The position numbers and the translations under genes were made by a program. DNA of 64,000 nucleotides, from NCBI GenBank assembly GCA_963693365.1, contig CAVNZM010000013.1, positions 2,698,449 to 2,762,448 of the forward strand, given 5' to 3'. Source of the stretch: Amoebidium appalachense. Taxonomy: Eukaryota > Protista > Ichthyosporea. The notes under the pieces were generated by a model. The model made no database searches. It saw nothing but the letters and a program-made list of their open reading frames with translations, and had not been told where the DNA came from. This document shows, in pieces, positions 59,235-64,000 of this stretch (position 1 is the stretch's first letter; every line of letters begins with the position of its first letter).

Positions 59235-59364
59235 CACAACACCGCTCCCCCCCCCCCCTCCCCCCCCTTTCTTTGCCCTCCTCCACGAGAACATGTGACT
59301 GTGTGTGTGTGTGTGAGGGGGGATGGGGGGAGGGGGGAGGGGGAGGCGGACTGTGTGGTTGTGG

Positions 59365-59460
<96 letters not shown>

Positions 59461-59640
59461 TACGCGGGAGTGTGCAGGTGTGCATGCTTGTTTGTGTGTG
59501 TGTGTGTGTGTGTGTGAATGTGCGTGCGTGGGTGTTTACTTTGGAAGATGTTGTCAGGTGTGATGTTGTAAAGGTTTTGTGTATGTGTGTGCCGTGCACG
59601 TAATGATGGTGGTGGTGGTGATGGCGTTTGGTGGGTGGGT

Positions 59641-59680
<40 letters not shown>

Positions 59681-60036
59681 ACCAGCCTTTGGAGATTGAT
59701 GTGTGCCTCCCGCAGTTCACGGATGTGGATCCTTGCAGCATTGGTGGTGGCCAGCTTGAGGCGGGCCTTGAGAATGCAGCAGTACTCACATTTGACGAAG
59801 TTGGTGGTCTCGGTGCTTAAACTTACACCCTTGAAATGGGTTCTCCAGGCTGCGTGAAACCCCTCTTGATCAAGGTAGCCCTTGTCTGTTACCCGTGCTT
59901 GCCGTTTGCGCTTGTGGCCTGAGGCAGTCTGGAAGGTGTGAAGATCGATTAGTGTGGGTTTTTTTCTCTCTGTCAGTAAGGTGTAGGCGGGGTGTTTTTT
60001 TTTTGTTGTTGTTGTTCTTGTTGTTCTGCCTTCCCC

Positions 60037-60095
<59 letters not shown>

Positions 60096-60174
60096 TACAC
60101 GATTTCATGCACGTATGCTCACATACCAATTCGCCTACACATTCTGACGTACACATACTGTAACACACACGCAC

Positions 60175-60247
<73 letters not shown>

Positions 60248-60480
60248 TAGGCGCTTAAGAAGTAGGGTTGCATGGAGGTGCATGTTATGCTGCATACCTC
60301 ACATGATGTCAGGATGTCAGGCTACATTACGACGTATACTATCCCAAATACGGAAGATGGACAGGTTTGGCCCATTATCCCCCCCTGCCCCCCTCTCCCT
60401 CGGTATACACTCTGTTTGCCCCAATGTACTCAACATTGCAGTGCTTGCCCCCCCCCCCCTCCCCCCTCCCAAGTTCTCCA

Positions 60481-60558
<78 letters not shown>

Positions 60559-60647
60559 GCATGCACACACGTACCCATACACGCACACATTCTCACACAC
60601 ATGCTTAAACTGCCCACCCTGTTGTCTTCCTCCACATCCCCCCCTCC

Positions 60648-60678
<31 letters not shown>

Positions 60679-61357
60679 AAAACACATACACACACACAAG
60701 CACACGCGTATACACACATGTACACAGCCACACAGAGGGGGGGAGAGAGACGTGCCTGGTCGGGGCCAAGTACATGTTCCTGTTCGTCGAAATCGGGATG
60801 GAGCTGTGCCCACCGTGCCTCGAATTCTTCTTGGTTGGCTGTGTCCTCGGCTGTGATATCCTGTGTTTTCCAAGCGGACGTAGGTCAGTATTTATGTAAC
60901 AATATCTGTATGGGTAGAATAGAGGTTGTGTTTCGAATGTGGAGTTTTGGATGGATGTTTTCGTGTGTGTATGTGTGTGGGTGCCCTTGCATGTGTGTGT
61001 GCCTGACACTGTGCGTGTGTACGTGTGTATGTGCTTGTGTGCCTGTGTGTGTGTGTGTTTGTGTTTCGTAATGGATGTCCCTTTGTTTGTTTGGGTGTTT
61101 GGGTGTTGCTTCGATGGTAATAGGGACATGTGTAATGTGCTGTGTGGTGTGTGATTGCATGTGTGTGTCGTTTGAAGTTTGTGTGTGTGTGTGGGTATGT
61201 GTGTATGTGTGTGTGCATAACCTCCTGAGTTGCAGTGTGCTGGTTGTAAAAGTTAATAATGTACGATAAAATGCATGTCACACGCTTGTGTTTCAAAAGG
61301 TTGTTTATGTATGTATGCATGTTGATAAGGATGCCATAGTGCTTGTGTGTTGTTCGG

Positions 61358-61393
<36 letters not shown>

Positions 61394-62008
61394 GGGGGGG
61401 GGGGAAGGAGGGGGGGGGGGGAGGGGGGGGGGGGGGGGGAGTGGGGTTTCACGTGCACCATTGCATGCCACGTGTGCTTCGATGGTGAAGGCATGGGTAA
61501 GGCAGTGTGGGTCAATATGACATTGTGATGGATGTGCCTGTGTGGGTGGGTGGACGGCATTGTGTGGGTTGGTATCTCTCTGTGTGTGCCTGGGTGTGTT
61601 TGTATCTGGGTAATGAGGTTAAACAGGTGACACTGAGTGAGATAAAGCAAGTTTCGTGAATAGGTGGATTTACGAGTGAGTGTGTGGACCCGCGGGAATT
61701 TGGTTGTTTGGGTAGATTGGTGGATGGGTGGGTGGGTTTGCGGGTGGGTGTGTCTGAATGCCCAGCCATGTTTTCCTGTGCTTGTGTGTTCGTGGGCTTC
61801 CTTGGTTGCATTGTACCATATATGCAGGAGTGCTTGTGGGGGGAGGGGGGGGGAGGGGGGGGAGGGGGGGGAGAGCAAATTATATACGTATGTGGGTGTG
61901 GGTTTGGGTGTGGGTGTGAGTGTAGGGGTGTGGCTGCGGGTGGGTGGGGTGGTGGGTGGGTGGGTGTGGGTGTGTGTGTTTGTGTTCTATTGATTTTGTG
62001 TTCGAGAA

Positions 62009-62065
<57 letters not shown>

Positions 62066-62109
62066 TAAGGTAATGTGAAGCAATATGATGTTGCATGCGC
62101 CTGTGTGGG

Positions 62110-62145
<36 letters not shown>

Positions 62146-62417
62146 CGGTGTCTCTCTCTCTCTGACAGTTTATGGGTGTGTTTGTGTGTGGGAATGAGGT
62201 TTAGCAGGTGAGCGGGTGGGTGGGTGGGTGGCTGTGCCCAGCAGTGTATGCTTGTGCATGTGTTAGCGTGCATGTTTATAATACGTGTTCGTGTATGTGT
62301 GTATGTGTGTGTAGAACGGTGTGCATGTGTGCATGTGTGCATGTGTGTGTAATTCCGTGTACGTAGTTGCGTGTGTGCGTATGTACGTGCGTGTAGGTGT
62401 ATGCATTGAGATGTGGT

Positions 62418-62453
<36 letters not shown>

Positions 62454-62728
62454 ATATATGAAATACACACCCTGACGTACTCCATCCAGATCTCTTCCTT
62501 GGTGTAAGCGGGCGGCAAGCGTATCGTAGACGTGTCGGGCATCAACTGACCGATGAGGTCGATGAATTCGGAAAACCAGGCAATAAATCTCTCCACCGCC
62601 AAAGAGATGTTGCCTTCACCGGTGTTGCCATGTACGTAAAACCGAGCTCCTTGTAGGAATTCATTCTTTCTGGCCATGAACGTGTTTCGGCACATTCCCA
62701 TGATGTTGATGAATGCTTCTTGGCAGAT
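56447..62728 (-). CDS. Sola-like DDD transposase, spliced, 5'-partial (~780 aa). Exons: 62728-62471, 60860-60756, 59928-59687, 58184-56447
   Basis: ICQEAF..HGNTG..WF..GQLMPD..LP; FVKCEYC..H..QRKERESYY; catalytic-type motifs IVDSMDQAK, LYVQMDNASEN, SFLLPGHTHEDIDGRF. Exon phases compatible; two donors appear to be GC. Family assignment is from motif recall; TIRs not identified. Confidence 0.75.
58234..58361. repeat. Array of five ~26-bp palindromic units
   Basis: tcctagtt-ac-aactagga and variants near 58235, 58260, 58285, 58310, 58336; the last two are joined by atgacgtcat. Confidence 0.85.
58635..59640. repeat. Two tandem ~460-550-bp composite (CA)n/(GT)n units in a transposase intron
   Basis: caagtgcttgcgcaca near 58635 and 59095; gccgtgca.gtaatgatggtggtgg near 59037 and 59591. 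Confidence 0.8.
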
Positions 62729-62949
62729 CTGGGATGAAATGAATGGGATGGGGAGGGGGGAGGGGGCGGTGGGCGGGGGGGGGGGGGGGGGGGGGGGGGA
62801 GGTCATTTGGTGTATTGTTTTTCTTAACCTTGTTCCCCTCCCCCCCCCTCCCCTTCTTCCTCACCGACCTCGCTGCTCCTTCACACATGTTATCATTCCA
62901 TGCTCTCCCCACCCGGGCCCGCTCCTCCCCCGGCCTTCCTGCCCCCATC

Positions 62950-63001
<52 letters not shown>

Positions 63002-64000
63002 CCTCCCTCCCCCCCCCCCCCCCCCCCCCCTCTGTCTGCATCTCCCTCTCTATGCCTGGCAGACCTCGCCCCCCCCCCCCCCCCCCCTCCCCTCCCGTTC
63101 TTTCCTCCCCCTCTCCCCCCCCCCCCCCCCCGCCCCAATCCCCCCATGCCCCCCCCCCCCTCCGGTATTCACCTCCTCCCTCCCCCCTCCCCCTCTGTCT
63201 GCATCTCCCTCTCTATGCCTGGCAGACCTCGCCTCCCCCCCCCCCCCCTCCCCTCCCGTTCTTTCCTCCCCCTTTCCCCCCCCCCCCCCCCGCCCCAATC
63301 CCCCCATCCCCCCCCCCCCCCCCCCCTCCGGTATTCATCATTACTTTATTAGACCAATAGACACCACTCTTCCCCCTGTCTCTCCTGGCTCTTGCCAACG
63401 AATAGCCCTTCCCCCCCCCCCCCCCCCCCCCCCCCCCAACACACACACACACACTCTCTCTCTCTCTCTCTCTCTCCCCCCCCCCCCCCCCCCTCTCTCT
63501 CTCTCCCCCTCTCTCTCCCTCTCTCTCTCTCTCTCAGATTTGCACGCGCGTGGCAACCGTCATGTGTTGGCATGAGCATCAACGAAGCCATCACGTGGTC
63601 CAGGCCCGGTCCCCCTTTTTGACCCTCTTGTGTATCTAGAGCTCTCTCCTTCTCTCCCTATAAACACGCTTAAAATTTCTGTCCACATGCACATCTCAGT
63701 TTTTAAGTTTTATCCAAAATTTAAAAATTTATAAGTCACTGGCGGTTGGTGTTCTAACGTAGCTAATGGGACTGTGTCCTATGCACTCTTCCGGCAGCAG
63801 GTGGATGACGTTAACCAAACGTGTTAAAATAAAAATAAAAAAAATAAATAAGAAACTGGCGGTTGGGGTGGTGTGTGTGGCCGGACCAGCACAAAAGCAC
63901 AACTGTTTGCCGAACTCTGTGCGTAGTATGTGCCGAACTCTGGATGCAACCACATTAGTTGCTGCCGTGTTATATGCCTGTGTGATGCTGATTGTGTGGG

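Noticed and set aside
60298-60411. AG...GT-bounded segment inside a transposase intron as an extra exon
   Set aside because: Contains a stop in the required phase; flanking exons join in frame without it.
63340-63990. Exon-like scraps upstream of the transposase (63345-63410, 63538-63622, 63880-63977)
   Set aside because: Cannot be assigned a frame or gene without sequence beyond the window.

Overview
Eukaryotic genomic DNA, probably from a unicellular opisthokont-like protist (inference only). Introns are saturated with (CA/GT)n, (GA/CT)n and poly-G/C tracts, so most entries in the ORF track are artefacts. I reconstructed the genes by hand from splice signals and exon phases: an RBM42-like RRM gene (minus, 9 exons, runs off the left edge), a NOPCHAP1/C12orf45-like gene (minus, 4 exons), an EDR2-like PH-START-DUF1336 gene (plus, 11 exons), a disrupted intronless Phactr/Bni4-like PP1-regulator ORF (minus) and a spliced Sola-like DDD transposase (minus). 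The 30.2-50.6 kb block holds two tandem Ngaro-type tyrosine-recombinase retrotransposons with split direct repeats (A1-gag-RT/RH-YR-B1-A2-B2). The first is interrupted in its YR stop codon by a 9,033-bp TIR element with a 2-bp TSD; that element carries a ~182-bp satellite, which in turn contains a solo Ngaro A-B remnant. Most notable: (1) both Ngaro copies share a splice donor in gag and a branch point/acceptor before the ATG-less YR ORF, predicting an in-frame Gag-leader-recombinase fusion, and possibly a second acceptor for RT; (2) an inverted copy of an RBM42 exon differs only at synonymous sites; (3) exon edges are repeatedly 'echoed' by local duplications; (4) a retroposon-like family ends on poly-C; (5) several 3' splice sites are built from (CA)n. 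No transcript data or database searches were available, so all models need confirmation.
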